Below, in pieces: positions 1-14,600 of a DNA stretch of 64,000 nt. Position numbers and translations under genes: made by a program. Source of the stretch: the human T2T-CHM13v2.0 reference genome, Homo sapiens; NCBI RefSeq assembly GCF_009914755.1, contig NC_060930.1; one strand, given 5' to 3'. Positions within the stretch are counted from its first letter, which is position 1. The number at the start of each line of letters is the position of its first letter. The notes under the pieces were generated by a model. That model was not told where the DNA came from, searched no databases, and saw only the letters and a list, made by a program, of their open reading frames with translations.

Positions 1-1399
1 ATAAAACCTGAAGCTATAATATAGTCAAACTTTTATTTTAAATATATAATATACTTATTTGGGGAAAATATATGAAAGATAATTGTGTATAGATGAGTGA
101 AGTTTCAACCCATACAAGAGTTGAAACTTTATTATCCAAAATCGCTTCATTTAATGAAGTTTATCATAAAAATTTTGGTATGCGTATGGGTAATACAATG
201 ATATGTACTCTAGAATTGCTTAAATGAACAATTTCTATATCATTTTACTGTCAGGATTTAAGAAGCAAGATTATTTGGTTTTCCAAGGCATAATAAAGGG
301 TGAAAATATATCAGTGCATGTAAGTGCCTTGGACAAAAAGATTTAAACACTTGATCTAGTGGTATCAAGACTGGCCCAAACCCAAAAATATATTCAATAT
401 GGTGTTTTCATATGTAGTTCTATATCCTTTTTGTTTTGAAGTTAAAATGTAAGCACATAAAACTTTTACTTGAAGGCAGAAAAGTTTGCATAGTATAGCA
501 AAAATAAATAAATAAACCTAAAACAAACTATTCAACTTGTTAATAAAATCACTGACATCATGGCAGAAATTACAATAGTCTTAGAATAAATAATTACTAG
601 ACTTCTTGGATAAGAAATAATTTAAGAAAATCCTGGTCAAATTATACTATATTTTTGTGGCAAATTCACATAAAGCTCTATTTATACAATCCTCCTGACT
701 CTATAGAAATAGTTTCCGAAACTATACCTGATTTTCTTATGGACTTTTAGATTTTACACTTTGAAATAGAACTTTTGCTTCTAACTGCAAATTATGTTTT
801 GGTTAAATTTAACATTACACAGAAAATGTGAATTTCCTAAAATAGCCTGTAAAGGAAACAGGTTTAATTTAAAACTTCCAGAAAGAAAGCCAGAAGACAC
901 ATTGCTATAATCAAGCAACTTGTATGTTCAGAAAGTGAAAAAATAATTACTTTAGTACTTTAAAAATGTGTTCACCTTCTAAATGAAATAGAACAACCAT
1001 GGAATGTGTTCTGAAGAGTATATAATGTTACCTATGTATAGTACACTACCTGGGGACAGGTATCATGTCACATCGTCGTAACGTTTTGAACAATATCTTC
1101 CAATTAGAGGATATTCAAAATAATAAATGTACAAATGAATATATTTTATTCTGTTATAATATTTCTGGTAGCAAGTAGGGATTGGTGACTTAGACATAAA
1201 TTTGAGGCTTCAAAAAGAGGTGGGATTCATGAACACTTCACAGTCTGGGCCTGGTATTAAGAAATTATCATCCCATACTTAGCAAATCTTTCCGGTCTTA
1301 AGTAACAATATGGCTGGTGTGATTTTTTTTTTTTTGGATCATTACACATTTTATAAATTCCCAGAAATTTATTTTGTTACGTTTAAAACAAATGAAGTT

Positions 1400-1918
1400 T
1401 TGGTTTTTTTGATAGTCTTTATTGTTTATCTGTATTTTGTATTATTAATTTTACTCTTCATTTTATGATTTCCTTCTTTCTACTTATTTTATTTAGGTTT
1501 AGTTTCCTCTCTTGTCCATTGTGTTGAGGTGGAAGTTTAGGCTATTGAGGTATTTACAGCTGTAATTTTTTTTCCAAGCACTGCATCACCCACATCCCAT
1601 TAGTTTTGGTATCCGTTTTCAGTAATCTCAAACTCTTTTCCAATTTCTCTTGTAATTTCATTTTGATCCATTGTTTAATATAGATTGTGTTATTTAACTT
1701 CCATATAATTGTAAATTTACCAAGTTACTTGTTTTTGATGTTTAATCTCATTCAGTTTTGGTTAGATGTCCTTTTCATTATTTCAATTTTTTGAAATACA
1801 TTACAGTTTCTTTTGTAGCACAGCGTAGCATACGGTCTATCCTGGAAAATGTGCCATGTTGTTGGGTAATGTGTTTTATAGCTATCTGCTATTTCTAGAT
1901 GATTCACAGTGTTGTTCA
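1400..1918 (-). mobile_element. Old L1M ORF2-region fragment
   Basis: T-rich stretch resembling antisense L1 ORF2 (e.g. ggtctatcctggaaaatgtgccatgt, gtgttatttaacttcca); heavily diverged, boundaries approximate. Confidence 0.55.
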
Positions 1919-3068
1919 CAGGCCTTGTCTGTGTCAGCGCTACCTGCGGTGTGTGGCAGCTGCACGCCCCTTCCCTGTGGCAGAGCTGGCTAGAGCCACT
2001 GCCTGAAGAAACTCGGCTCTGTCCTCCGCTCCGGGGAGGAGAATGTGGCCAGTGGATGCTGAGTTCCTTCTGTTGCCTTCCGCAGCCCACAGCTAAGTCA
2101 CTCTGAAGAGCATCTCGCTGGCCTGCGCTTCTGCTTCCCGTTGCCTTCTAGGCGGTTCTGACCGTGACATCCCTTTGCTCCTCCGCTTGTGCCCTTGAAT
2201 CCTACATTAAGGGAAATGGGGGTTCTGTTTTGAAACAAAATGAGAAAGAATCATAACCTTCAACTTCAAAACACTTCCAGTCTCCTGAAGATTTTTCAGA
2301 TTCAGAGATCTCCACCCATTTTCCCAGAGTCCTTGAAATGTTTCCTGGAGCCGCGCCTCTCCCAGTGCTCTGGCTGGAGACAGTAGCAGGGGCTGTCTTC
2401 CTCTGCGTCCTCGTAAGCACCCAGTTTGGGGTGGAAGAGGCAAAAAGAAAACCCAGGAACGCCCCACCCTATCGTTCTCAGGGTCCCCAGGGTCGCCCGG
2501 CTCCCCCGGGCTTCCTCTCTCCGCCTCTCGTCTTCCTGAGTTTGTTTGATGGGCACTGCCCGAGGTTTCCAGTTGCACCTGCGGGAAGGAGGAAACTGCA
2601 CACCTGTTCCATCTTCTTAGGAGGGGAAGTCTGAGGCTTTTTGAATGACCACCGTGTAGCGCCTTAATTCTCCTTCACTTTCAGCAGTTTTGTCTGCCCC
2701 ACCTCAGGAAGACTGTCTGTGTTCTTTCCTCCATAGCCCGGGCACCGAAGGCACATGCCGTGCATATAAGCTTCCTGTCTCGTTTGAGACTCTACTTGAG
2801 CTCATTATTGCTTCAGTTTAATCTGCGCACGTTTCACCCTAGGAGAGTACTGCCCAGATGTGGCAGCTTTTTCTTACAGATGGTCCGAGGCTATTCTTGC
2901 CCTAAAACTTCAGATGCTCACATAAAACCATCCTTCCTAACAACACAGGCTTTCCCATTTCTACGAGGTTGACCTTTACACCTGAAGAGTCATTGAAGCC
3001 CAGCTGGTGATAAAGAAGTGAATATTTCAAAAAATGGAGGGAGGATAGAATCTGGTCTCTCGTTTTCA

Positions 3069-3474
<406 letters not shown>

Positions 3475-3523
3475 TTACTTGTGTCCTTTAAATCTTTCCT
3501 GGAACAGGGTTGAGACCGTATAA

Positions 3524-4200
<677 letters not shown>

Positions 4201-4204
4201 TTTT

Positions 4205-4890
4205 AAAAAAGTAACACATTTAACTTTATTTCTTCATTTTTCACTTAAAGCTTGATTTTATAAAACATAAATTTTTTCAAGAGTTCTGTATCACAAGACA
4301 TTAAACCGCAGAAATATCCATTGCTTCATAGGTTCAAGTTATATAAATTAAATCTGTAAATTTATTCAATATGGAAAGCTATATGATGAAATAAATGTCA
4401 AAAGGACCCAATAGAGCAATATTGCATTGCTTATGGATTATTAGTTACTTACAGGATCTAAACAAAGATTCTAAATATTTAGGCTTCTTTCATTGTATTT
4501 TATATTTAAATATCTCCCTACCTGTACTGAGTCAAGCTACTTGACCAAAATGTCTGATTTAAGGAAGCATTTCATTTTATAGCAAAAGTTTTTCCATCTA
4601 CAGTTACCATCTGCAAAGGAATTTACATTACGGTGCTGACAAAAACCTCCTGGTTCCTTTTGAACAATGTGCAATAAATTCATTATGTCAACCCCATGGT
4701 AAGTCAAACAGATATCAAAAAATCGGAACAATTACACAAAGTTCAGTAAAGTATAATATTGGTTTTTCCCACGTAAACATTAATCAATGAAATGAAACAT
4801 ATCAGCTATAGTTGACTTGGTTTCAGGAAAACCACATTTGAAAATTACATTATCTTCCTAATGTCATCCTTGGTCATTGACAAGATTTTG
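4205..4890 (-). pseudogene. Possible retrocopied mRNA 3'UTR fragment; parent gene not identified
   Basis: Non-repetitive AT-rich sequence with minus-strand AATAAA (tttatt ~4225-4230) about 20 nt from its end; reads like a 3'UTR; no CDS, no clear A-tail or TSD. Confidence 0.3.
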
Positions 4891-5120
4891 TGGGCCACCA
4901 TGCTGTGAGCTGTGTGGATGTAGCAGTAAATGAATAAAGGCAAACTTCCTCAGAATGGTTATGAACTGTGGTCCCCACTCTTCCTGTCTTCCAGGTACAA
5001 CCAGATCTTTGCATAAATCAAAGATCAAATGAACAAGAAACTTCCACCAGTGGCAGAAATGTCACTAACTGTGGGGCATCTGATTGCAGGATGGATTTTG
5101 TCCTGGATAGCTTTCTGAGG

Positions 5121-8100
5121 CTTTTCTCAGGGTCCACTGTCGTCTTTTCTCAGGGCGCACTGTCTTTTCTCTGGGTTCACTGTTGCCTTTTCTCTGAGTG
5201 AACCATCATCTTTTCTGTGGGTTCCACATCGTCTTTTCTCAGAGTTCACCATTAACATTTCTCTAAGTTCACTGTCATCTTTTCTCTGGGTTCACTGTTG
5301 CATTTTCTGTGGGTTAACTGTCGTCTTTCCTCTGGGTGAACCATCATCTTTTCTCTGGGTTCACCTTTGTCTTTTCTCTGGGTTCACTGTTACATTTTCT
5401 TTGGATTCACTGTTGTCTTTTCCGTGGGTTCACTGTTGTCTTTTCTCTGAGTTCACAGTCGTCTTATCTCAGGGTTCACTGTTGTCTTTTCTCTGGGTTC
5501 ACTGTCGTATTTTCTCTGGGTTCATTGTCGTCTTTTCTCAGGGTTCACTGTTGTATTTTCTCTGGGTTCACTGTCATCTTTTCTTTCGGTTCACTGTCGT
5601 ATTTTCTCTTGGTTCACTGTCATCTTTTCTCAGGGTTCACTATTGTATTTTCTCTGGGTGCAAGGTCATCTTTTCTCTGGGTTCACTGTCATCATTTTTC
5701 TAGGCTCAATGTCATATTTTCTCTGGGTTCACCATCGTCTTTTCTCTGGGTTCGCCGTCGTTGTTTTTCTGGGTTCACTGTCATATTCTCTGGGTGCACC
5801 ATCATCATTTCTCTGGGTTCACTGTCATCTTGTCTGAGTTTATTGTCAAATTTTCTCTACGTTCACCGTTGTCTTTTCCATGGGTTCACTGTCATATTTT
5901 CTCTGGGTTCACCATTGTCTTTTCCATGGGTTCACTGTCTGTTCTCTGGGTTCGCCATCGTCTTTTCTCTGGGTTCACTGTCATCTTTTCTCTGGGTTCA
6001 CCGTCATCTTTTCTCTTGGTGCCATCATTTTTTTCTCTGGGTTCACTGTCGTCTTTTCTCTGGGTTCACTGTCATCTTTTCTCTTGGTGCAGCATCATTT
6101 TTTCTCTGGGTTCACTGTCATCTTTTCTCTTGGTTCACGGTCTGTTATCTGAGTTCACTGTCATCTTTTCTCTGGGTGCACTGTCTTCATTAATCTGGGT
6201 TCACTGTCATCTTTTCTCTGGGTTCACCGTCGTTTTTCTGGGTTCACTGTCAAATTCTCTGGGTGCATCATCGTCATTTCTCTGGGTTCACTGTAATCTT
6301 TTCTCGGGGTTCACTGTCAAATTTTCTCTACGTTCACCATCGTCTTTTCTAGGGGGTTCATCGTCATCTTTTCTCTGGGTTCACTGTTGTCTTTTCTATG
6401 GGTTCACTGTTGTCTTTACTCTGGGTTCACTGTTGTATTTTCTCTGGGTGCAAAATTGTCTTTCCTCTGAGTTCACTGTCATCTTTTCTCTGGGTGCATG
6501 ATCATCTTTTCTCTGAGTTCACCATCGTTGTTTTTATGGGTTCCCTGTCATATTTTTTCTGGGTTAACTGTCAAATTTTCTCTACATTGACCATCGTCTT
6601 TTATCTGGGTTCACTGTCATCTTTTCTTTGGGTTCACTGTCATCTCTTCTTTGGGTTCACCATCGTCTTTTCTCTGGGTTCACCGTCGTCTTTTCTCTGG
6701 GTTCACTGTTGTCTTTTCTCTGGGTTCACTGTTGTCTTTTCTCTGGGTTCACTGTTGTCTTTTCTCTGGGTTCACCATCGTCTTTCCTCTGGATTCACCA
6801 TCGTCTTTCCTCTGGATTCACTGTCATCTTTCCTCTGGGTTTACTGTCGTCTTTTCTGTGGTTTCACCATCATCTTTTCTCTGGATTCACTATCGTCTTT
6901 CCTCTGGGTTCACTGTTGTCTTTTCTCTGGATTCACCGTCGTCTTTTCTCTGGGTTCACTGTTCTCTGAGTTCACTGTTGTATTTTCTCTGGGTTCACTG
7001 TCATCTTTTCTCTGGGTTCACTGTTGTATTTTCTCAGGGTGCAAGGTCGTCTTTTCTCTGGGTTCACTGTCGTCTTTTCTTTGGGTTCACTGTCATAATT
7101 TCTCCGAGTTCACTGTTGTCTTTTCTCTGGGTGCACCGTCATCTTTTCTCTGGATTCATCTTTGGTTTTTTTTCTGGGTTCACTGTCATATTTTCTCGGG
7201 TGTGCCATCATCATTTCTCTGGGTTCACTGTCATCCTTTCTCTGGGTTCCTGTCGAATTTTCTCTACATTCACCATTGTCTTTTTCTCTGGGTACATTGT
7301 CGTCTTTTCTATGGGTTCACTGTTGTATTTTCTCTTGGTTCAGCATTGTCTTTTCTCTGGGTTCACCATCAACTTTTCTCTGTTTTCACCGTCGTCTTTT
7401 CTCTGGGTTCACTATCATCTTTTCTCTGGGTTCACTTTGTATGTTCTATGGGTTCACCATTGTCAATTCTCTGTGTGCACCCTCGTCTTTTTTCTGGGTT
7501 CACCATTGTCAATTCTCTGTGTTCACTATCGTATATTCTCTGGGTGTACTGTCATTTTTCCTCTGGGTTCACTGTCATATTTTCTCTGGCCCCACAGTTG
7601 TATATTATCTGGGTCACCATTGTCTTTTCCCTGGGTTCACTGTCATCTTTTCTCTGGGTTCACCGTTGTCTTTGCTCTGGGTTCACAGTTGTCTTTTCTT
7701 TAGGTTCACTGTCATCTTTTCTCTGGGTTCACAGTCGTCTTTGCTCTGGGTTCGTCATCTTTTCTCTGGGTGCACCATCATTTCTCTGGGTGCACCGTCA
7801 TTTTCTCTCTGGGTGGGTTCACTGTCTTATTTTATTTGGGTTCACTGTCGTATTTTCTTTCAGTTCACTGTCATATTCTCTGTGGGTGCGCTGTTGTATT
7901 TTCTCTGACTTCACTGTCATCTTTTTTCTGGGTTTACCATCATCTTCAGTCTGAGTGTACTGTCATCTTTTCTCTGGGTTCACTGTCATCTTTTCTCTGG
8001 GTTTACTGTCATCTTTTTTCTGGTTTCACCTTCGTCTTTTGTCTGGGTTCACCATTGTCTTTTCTCTGGGTGCACTGATATCTTTTTATTGGCTGCACTG

Positions 8101-11100
8101 TCATCTTTTCTCTGGGTTCACTGTTGAATATTCTCTGGGTTCACTGTGGTCTTTTTTCTGGGTTTACTGTTGTATGTTCTCTGGGTGCACTGTCTTCTTT
8201 TCTCTATGTGCATCATCGTCTTTTCTCTGGGTGTACTGTCATCTTCTCTCAGGGTGCACCATCATCTTTCTCTGCGTTTTTCTGTTGTATTTTCTCTGGG
8301 TTCACTGTCAACTTTTCCCTGTGTTCACTGTCGCCTTTTCTCTGGGTTCACTGTTGTGTTTGCTCTGGGTTCACAGTCGTCTTTTCATTAGGTTCACTGT
8401 CGTCTTTTCTCTGGGTTCACTGTCATCTTTTCTCTGGGTTCAACTGTCGTCTTTGCTCTGGGTTCACCATCGTCTTTTCTCTGGGTGCACCACCATCTTT
8501 TCTCTGGGTACACTGTCATCATCCCTCTGGGTGGGTTCATTGTCTTATTGCCTTTGGGTTCACTGTCGTATTTTCTCTAGGTTCACTGTCATATTCTCTG
8601 TGGGTGCACTGTTGTATTTTCTCTGATTTCACCATGGTCTTTTTTTCTGGGTTTACCATCAACTTTACTCTGGGTGCACTGTCTTCCTTTCTCTGGGTTC
8701 ACCATCATCTTTTTTCTGGGTTCACCATCGTCTTTTCTCTGGGTGAACCGTTGTCTTTTCTCTGGGTTCACTGTTGTCTTTTCTCTGGGTTCACTCTTGT
8801 CTTTTCTCTGGAATCATTGTTGTATTTCGTATGTGTTCACCGTCATCTTTTCTCTGGATTCAGTGTCGTCTTTATTCTGGGTGCACCATCGTCTTTTCTC
8901 TGGATGCACTGTCATCTTTTCTCTGGGTTCACTGTTGTATTTTCTGTGGGTTCACTGTCATCTTTCCTCTGGGTTTACTGTTGTATTTTTTCTGGGTGCA
9001 CTGTCATCTATTCTCTGGGTACACTGATGTTTTTTTCTCTGGGTTCACTGTTATATTTTCTCTGGGTTTGCCATCATCTTTTCTCTGGCTTCACTGTCGT
9101 ATTTTCTTGGGTTCACGGTCAGGGTGCCCTTTCGTCTTTTCTCTGGGTTCACCATCATCTTTTCTCTGGGTTCACTGTGATAGATTCTCTGGGTTTACTG
9201 TCGTTTTTCCTCTGGGTTTACTGTCGTTTTTCCTCTGGGTTCACTGTTGTATTTTCTTTGGATTCATTGTTGTATTTTCTCTGGGTTCACTGTTATCTTT
9301 TCTCTGGGTTCACTGTCATACATTCTCTGGGTTTACTGTTGTTTTTCCTCTGGGTTCACTGTTGTATTTTCTCTGGGTTCATTGTTGTATTTTCTCTGGG
9401 TTCACTGTTATCTTTTCTCTGGGTTCACTGTCATCTTTTCTCTGGGTTCACTGTCATCTTTTCTCTGGGTTCACTGTTATCTTTCATCTGGGTGCACCTT
9501 CATCTTTTCTCTGGGTTCACTGTTGTGTTTTCTCTGGGTGCAGCATCGTCTTTTCTCTGGGTTCACTGATGTTTTTTCTCTGTGTTCACTATCGTATATT
9601 ATCTGGGTACATTGTCATGTTTTGTCTGGGTGCATCATCGCCTTTTCTTTGTGTTCACTGCCATCTTTTCTCTGGGCTAACTGTCATCTTTTCTCTGGGT
9701 TCATCATTGTCTTTTCTCTAGGTTCGCTGTCGTCTTTTTTTGGGATGCAGCATCGTCTTTTCTCAGGTGCACCATCGTCTTTTCTCTGGGTTCACCATCT
9801 TCATTTCTCTGGTTTCAATGTTGACTTTTCTCTGGGTTCACTGTTGTATTATCTCTGGGTTCACTGTCATGTTTTCCTTAGGTTCACATTCTTCTTTTCT
9901 CTGGGTTCACTGTTGTATTTTTTCTGGGTTCACTGTCGTCTTTTTTCTGGTTTCACTGTTGTCTTTTCTCTGGGTTCACTGTTGTATTTTCTCCAGGTTC
10001 ACTGTCTTTCTGTCTGTGTTCACTGTCTTTTTCTGTCTGTGTTCACTGTCATCTTTTCTCTGGGTTCACAGTCATCTTTTCTCTAGGTGCACCTTTGTCT
10101 TTTCTCTGGGTTCACTGTCCTTTTCTGTGGGCTCTCTGTCACCTTTTCTGTGGGTTTACTGCTGTATTTTCTTGGGGTGCATCGTCCCCTTTCATCTGGG
10201 TTTACTGTTATCTTTTCTCGGTGTTCACTGTCGTATTTTCTCTGGATTCACCATTGTCAATTATCTGGGATCACCATCTTCTCTTCTCTGGGTGCACCGT
10301 TGTCTTTCCTCTGGGTTCTCCATTGTTGAAACTTTGGGTTCGCTGTCATATATTCTGGGTGCACCATCCTTTAAACTGTGAGTTCACTGTCATCTTTTCT
10401 TTAGGTTCACTGTCAATTTATCTCTGTGTTCACTGTCGCCTTTTCTCTGGGTGAACTGTCATCATTTCTATGGATTCACTGTTGTATTTTCTCTGGGTTC
10501 ACCTTCATCTTTTCTCTGGGTTAATCATTTTATTTTCTCTGGGGTCACTGTCATCTTTTCTCAGGGTTCACTGACATCTTTTCTCTGGGTTCACTGTCGT
10601 CTTTTCTCTAGGTGCACCATCATCTTTTCATTGGGTTCACTGTTGTATAATCTCTTGGTACACTGTAGTGTTTTTTCTGGGTGCATCGTCATCTTTTCTC
10701 TTGGTTCACTGTCATCTTTTTTCTGGGGTCACTGTCATATTGTCTCTGGGGTCACTGTTGCATTTTCCCTGGATTCACTGTCATCTTTTTTCTGGGTTCA
10801 ATGTCGTCTTTTCTCTGGGTTCACCATCGTCTTTTTCTGGGAGCACTATCATCTTTTCTCTGGATTGACCATCTTTTCTCTAAGTTCAGTGTCGTCTTTT
10901 CTCTGGGTTCACCATTGTCTTTCTTCTGGGTGCAGTATCATCTTTTCTCTGGATTGATCGTTGTCTTTTCTCTGGGTCCACTGTCTGCTTTTCTCTAGGT
11001 GTTCCATTGTCTTTTCTCTGGGCTCACTGTTGTCTTTGCTCTGGATGCATTGTCGTCTTTTCTCTGGAGTCACTGTCATATGTTCTCTGCGGTCACTGTT

Positions 11101-11112
11101 GCATTTTCTCTG
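5121..11112 (+). repeat. Satellite block A (T-rich strand on +)
   Basis: Units read ttttctctgggttcactgtcrtc on +. Confidence 0.95.
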
Positions 11113-11258
11113 GATTCAGAGAAAAGATGACAGTGCACCCTGAGAAAAGACCATGGTGCACTGAAAGAAAAGACAAGGGGGAACACAAAGAAAAAATGAC
11201 AGTGAACCCGGAGAAAAGGCAATGGTGAACCCAGAGAAAATACAATTGTGAACCCAGA

Positions 11259-11960
11259 GATCATTAAAAAGTCAGCAAACAACAGGTGCTGGAGAGGATG
11301 TGGAGAAATAGGAACACTTTTACACTGTTGGTGGGACTGTAAACTACTTCAACCATTGTGGAAGTCAGTGTGGTGATTCCTCAGGGATCTAGAACTAGAA
11401 ATACCATTTGACCCAGCCATCCCATTACTGGGTATATATCCAAAGGATTATAAATCATGCTGCTATAAAGACACATGCACACGTATGTTTATTGCAACAC
11501 TATTCACAATAGCAAAGACTTGGAACCAACCTAAATGTCCAACAACGATAGACTGGATTAAGGAAATGTGGCACATATACACCATGGAATACTATGCAGC
11601 CATAAAAAATGATGAGTTCATGTCCTTTTTAGGGACATGGATGAAACTGGAAACCAACATTCTCAGCAAACTATCACAAGGACAAAAAACCAAACACCGC
11701 ATGTTCTCACTCATAGGTGGGAATTGAACAATGAGAACACATGGGCACGGGAAGGGGAACATTACACAGCGGGGCCTGTTGTGGGGTGGGGGGAGGGGGG
11801 AGGGATAGCATTAGGAGATATACCTAATGCTAAATGATGAGTTAATGGGTGCAGTACACCAACATGGCACATGTATACATATGTAACAAACCTGCACATT
11901 GTGCACATGTACCCTAAAACTTAAAGTATAATAATAATAAAATTTAAAAAAAAAAGAAAA
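11259..11960 (+). mobile_element. 5'-truncated L1PA3/L1PA4 (ORF2 C-terminus, 3'UTR and A-tail) inserted in the satellite
   Basis: ORF 11485-11727 MFIATLFTIAKTWNQPKCP...HRMFSLIGGN is the L1 ORF2 end; 3'UTR cctaatgctaaatga...aacaaacctgcacattgtgcacatgtaccctaaaacttaaagtataataa; no convincing TSD. Confidence 0.93.
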
Positions 11961-14600
11961 GAAAATACTACAGTGCACCCAAAGAAAATGAGACTGTGAA
12001 CCCAGAAAACAGATGATAGTACACCCAGAGAAAATAAGACCATGATCCCAGAGAAAATAAGACCGTGAACCCAGAAAAAATATGACTGTGAACCCAGAGA
12101 AAAGGCGACAGTGAACCCAGAGAAAAGATGACGATGAACCAAGCAAACAGATAGTGAACCCAGAGAAAAGATGACAGTGAGCTCAGAGATAAGATGATGG
12201 TGAACAAAAGAAAATACAACAGTGAACTCAAAGAAAATACGACAGTGAACCCAGAGAAAAGATGACAGTGCACCCAGAGAAAAGATGATAGTGAACCCAG
12301 AGAAAGAAGACAGTGAACCCAGAGAAAAGGTGACAGTGAACCCAGAGAAAAGATGACAGTGAACCCATAGAAAAGAAAATGGTGAACCCAGAGAAAAGAC
12401 AATGATGAACCCACAGAAAAGATGACAGTGAATCCAGAGAAAATGCAACAATGACATCAGAAAAAAGATGACAGTGACCCAAGGAAAAGATGACAGTGAA
12501 CTCGGAGACAAAAATGACAATGCACCCAGAAAAAACACAACAGTGTACTCAGAGAATATACAACAGTGAACCCAATGAAAAAACGACAGTGCACCCAGAG
12601 AAAAGATGACAGTGAACCCAGAAAAAAACATGATGGTGAACCCAGAGAAAAGATGACAGTGAACCCAGAGAAAAAAGGATGGTTAACCCAAAGAAAAGAC
12701 AAAGGTGAACCCAGAGAAAATACAACAGTGAACCATTGAAAAGACAACAGTGCACCCAGAGAAAAGACGACAGTAAATGCAAATCGACAGTGAGCCTAAA
12801 GATGACAGTGAGCTCAGAGAATAAAAGATGGTGCACCCAGAAAATATGACAGCGAACCCAGAGTTTCGACAATGGAGAACCCGGAGGAAAGATGACAGTG
12901 CACCCAGAGAAGAGAAGATGGTGAATCCAGATAATTGACAAAGGTGAATCCAGAGAAAATACGACAGTGACCCCAGAGAAAAGATAACAGTAAACCCAGA
13001 TGAAAGGCAACAATACACCCAGAGAAAATACAGCAGTGAACCCAGAAAAAAGACGACAGTGTACCCAGAGAAAAAATGATGGTCCAGCCAGATAAAAGAC
13101 GATGGTGCACCCAGAGAAAAGATGATGGTGAACCGAGAGAAAAGACAACGGAGAACCCAGAGAAAATACAACAGTGAACACAGAGAAAATACAACAGTGA
13201 ACGCAGAGAAAATACAACAGTGAGCCCAAAGAAAAAAAATGACAGTGAACCCAGAGAAAAGACAAAGGTGCACCCAGAGAAAAGATGACAGTAAACCCAG
13301 AGAAAAGATGAAAGTGAACCCAGAGAAAATACAAGAGTGAACCCAGAGAAAAAATTACAGTGGACCCAGAGAACATACAACAGTGAGCCCAGAGACAAGA
13401 TGATGGTGAACCCAGAGAAAAGATGAAGGTGCACCCAGAGAAAAGATGACAGTGAACCAAAAGAAAAGACGACAGTGAACCCAGAGAAAAGATGACAGTG
13501 AATCCAGAGAAAATGCAACAGTGACTTCAGAGAAAAGATGACAGTGACCCCAAAGAAAATATGACAGCGAACCCAGAGAAAAGATGACCATGCATCCAGA
13601 AAAAACCCGAAAGTGTACACAGAGAATATGCAACAGTGAACCCAACGAAAAGATGACAGTGAACCCAGAGAAAAGACGACAGTGAACCCAAAGATAAATT
13701 GACAGTGAACCTAAAGAAAAGATGACAGTGAACTTAGAGCATAGAGAATGGTACACCCAGAAAATACGACAGCAGACCCAGAGTTTCAGCAATAAAGAAC
13801 CCAGAGGAAAGACAATAGGGCACCCAGAGGAGAAGACAGTGAATCCAGATAATTGACAATGGTGAATTGAGAGAAAATACGACAGTGAACACAGAGAAAA
13901 GACTACAGTAAACCCAGATGAAAGGTGACCGTGCATCAAGAGAAAATACAGCAGTGAACTCAGAGAAAAATGACGGTGAACCCAGAGAAAAGACAACAGT
14001 AAACCCAGAGAAACAAAAACAGTGCACCCAGAGAAAAGATGCCAGTGAATCTAAGAAAATACAGCAGTAAGCCCAGAGAGAAGATGACAGTGAACCCAGA
14101 TAAAAGACGATGGTGCACCCAGAAAAAAGACGACCATGAAGCCAGAGAGAAAATGACAGTGAACCCACAGAAAATAAACAGTGAACCTAGAAAAAACACA
14201 GCAGTGAACCCAGAGGAAAGATGACATTGCTCCCAGAGAAAAGACGACAGTGAACCCAAGAAAGGATGACAGTGAACCTGGAGAAAATACAACAGTGAAC
14301 CCAGAGAAAAGACAACGGTAAACCCAGAAGAAAGATGAAAATGAACCCAGAGAAAACGTGACAGTGAACCCAGAGAAAATACAACATTGAACCCAGAGAA
14401 AAGTCGACAGTGAAACCAGAGAAAAGACGATGGTGCACCCAGAAAAAAGATGACGGTGAACCTAGAGAAAAGACGACGATGAATCCAGAGAAAATGTGAC
14501 AGTGAACCCAGAGAAATAACAAGAGTGAACACACAGAAAATATGACAGTGAACACAGAGAAAAGATGATGGTACACCCAGAGAAAAGATGATGGTACGCC

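Noticed and set aside
1909-2972. Short ORFs and a moderately CpG-rich patch as exon or promoter
   Set aside because: No recognisable protein similarity, no coherent splice structure, and CpG density is modest
11235-11990. TSD around the L1PA in the satellite (agaaaatac...accca)
   Set aside because: Too many mismatches for an element this young; better explained as neighbouring monomers
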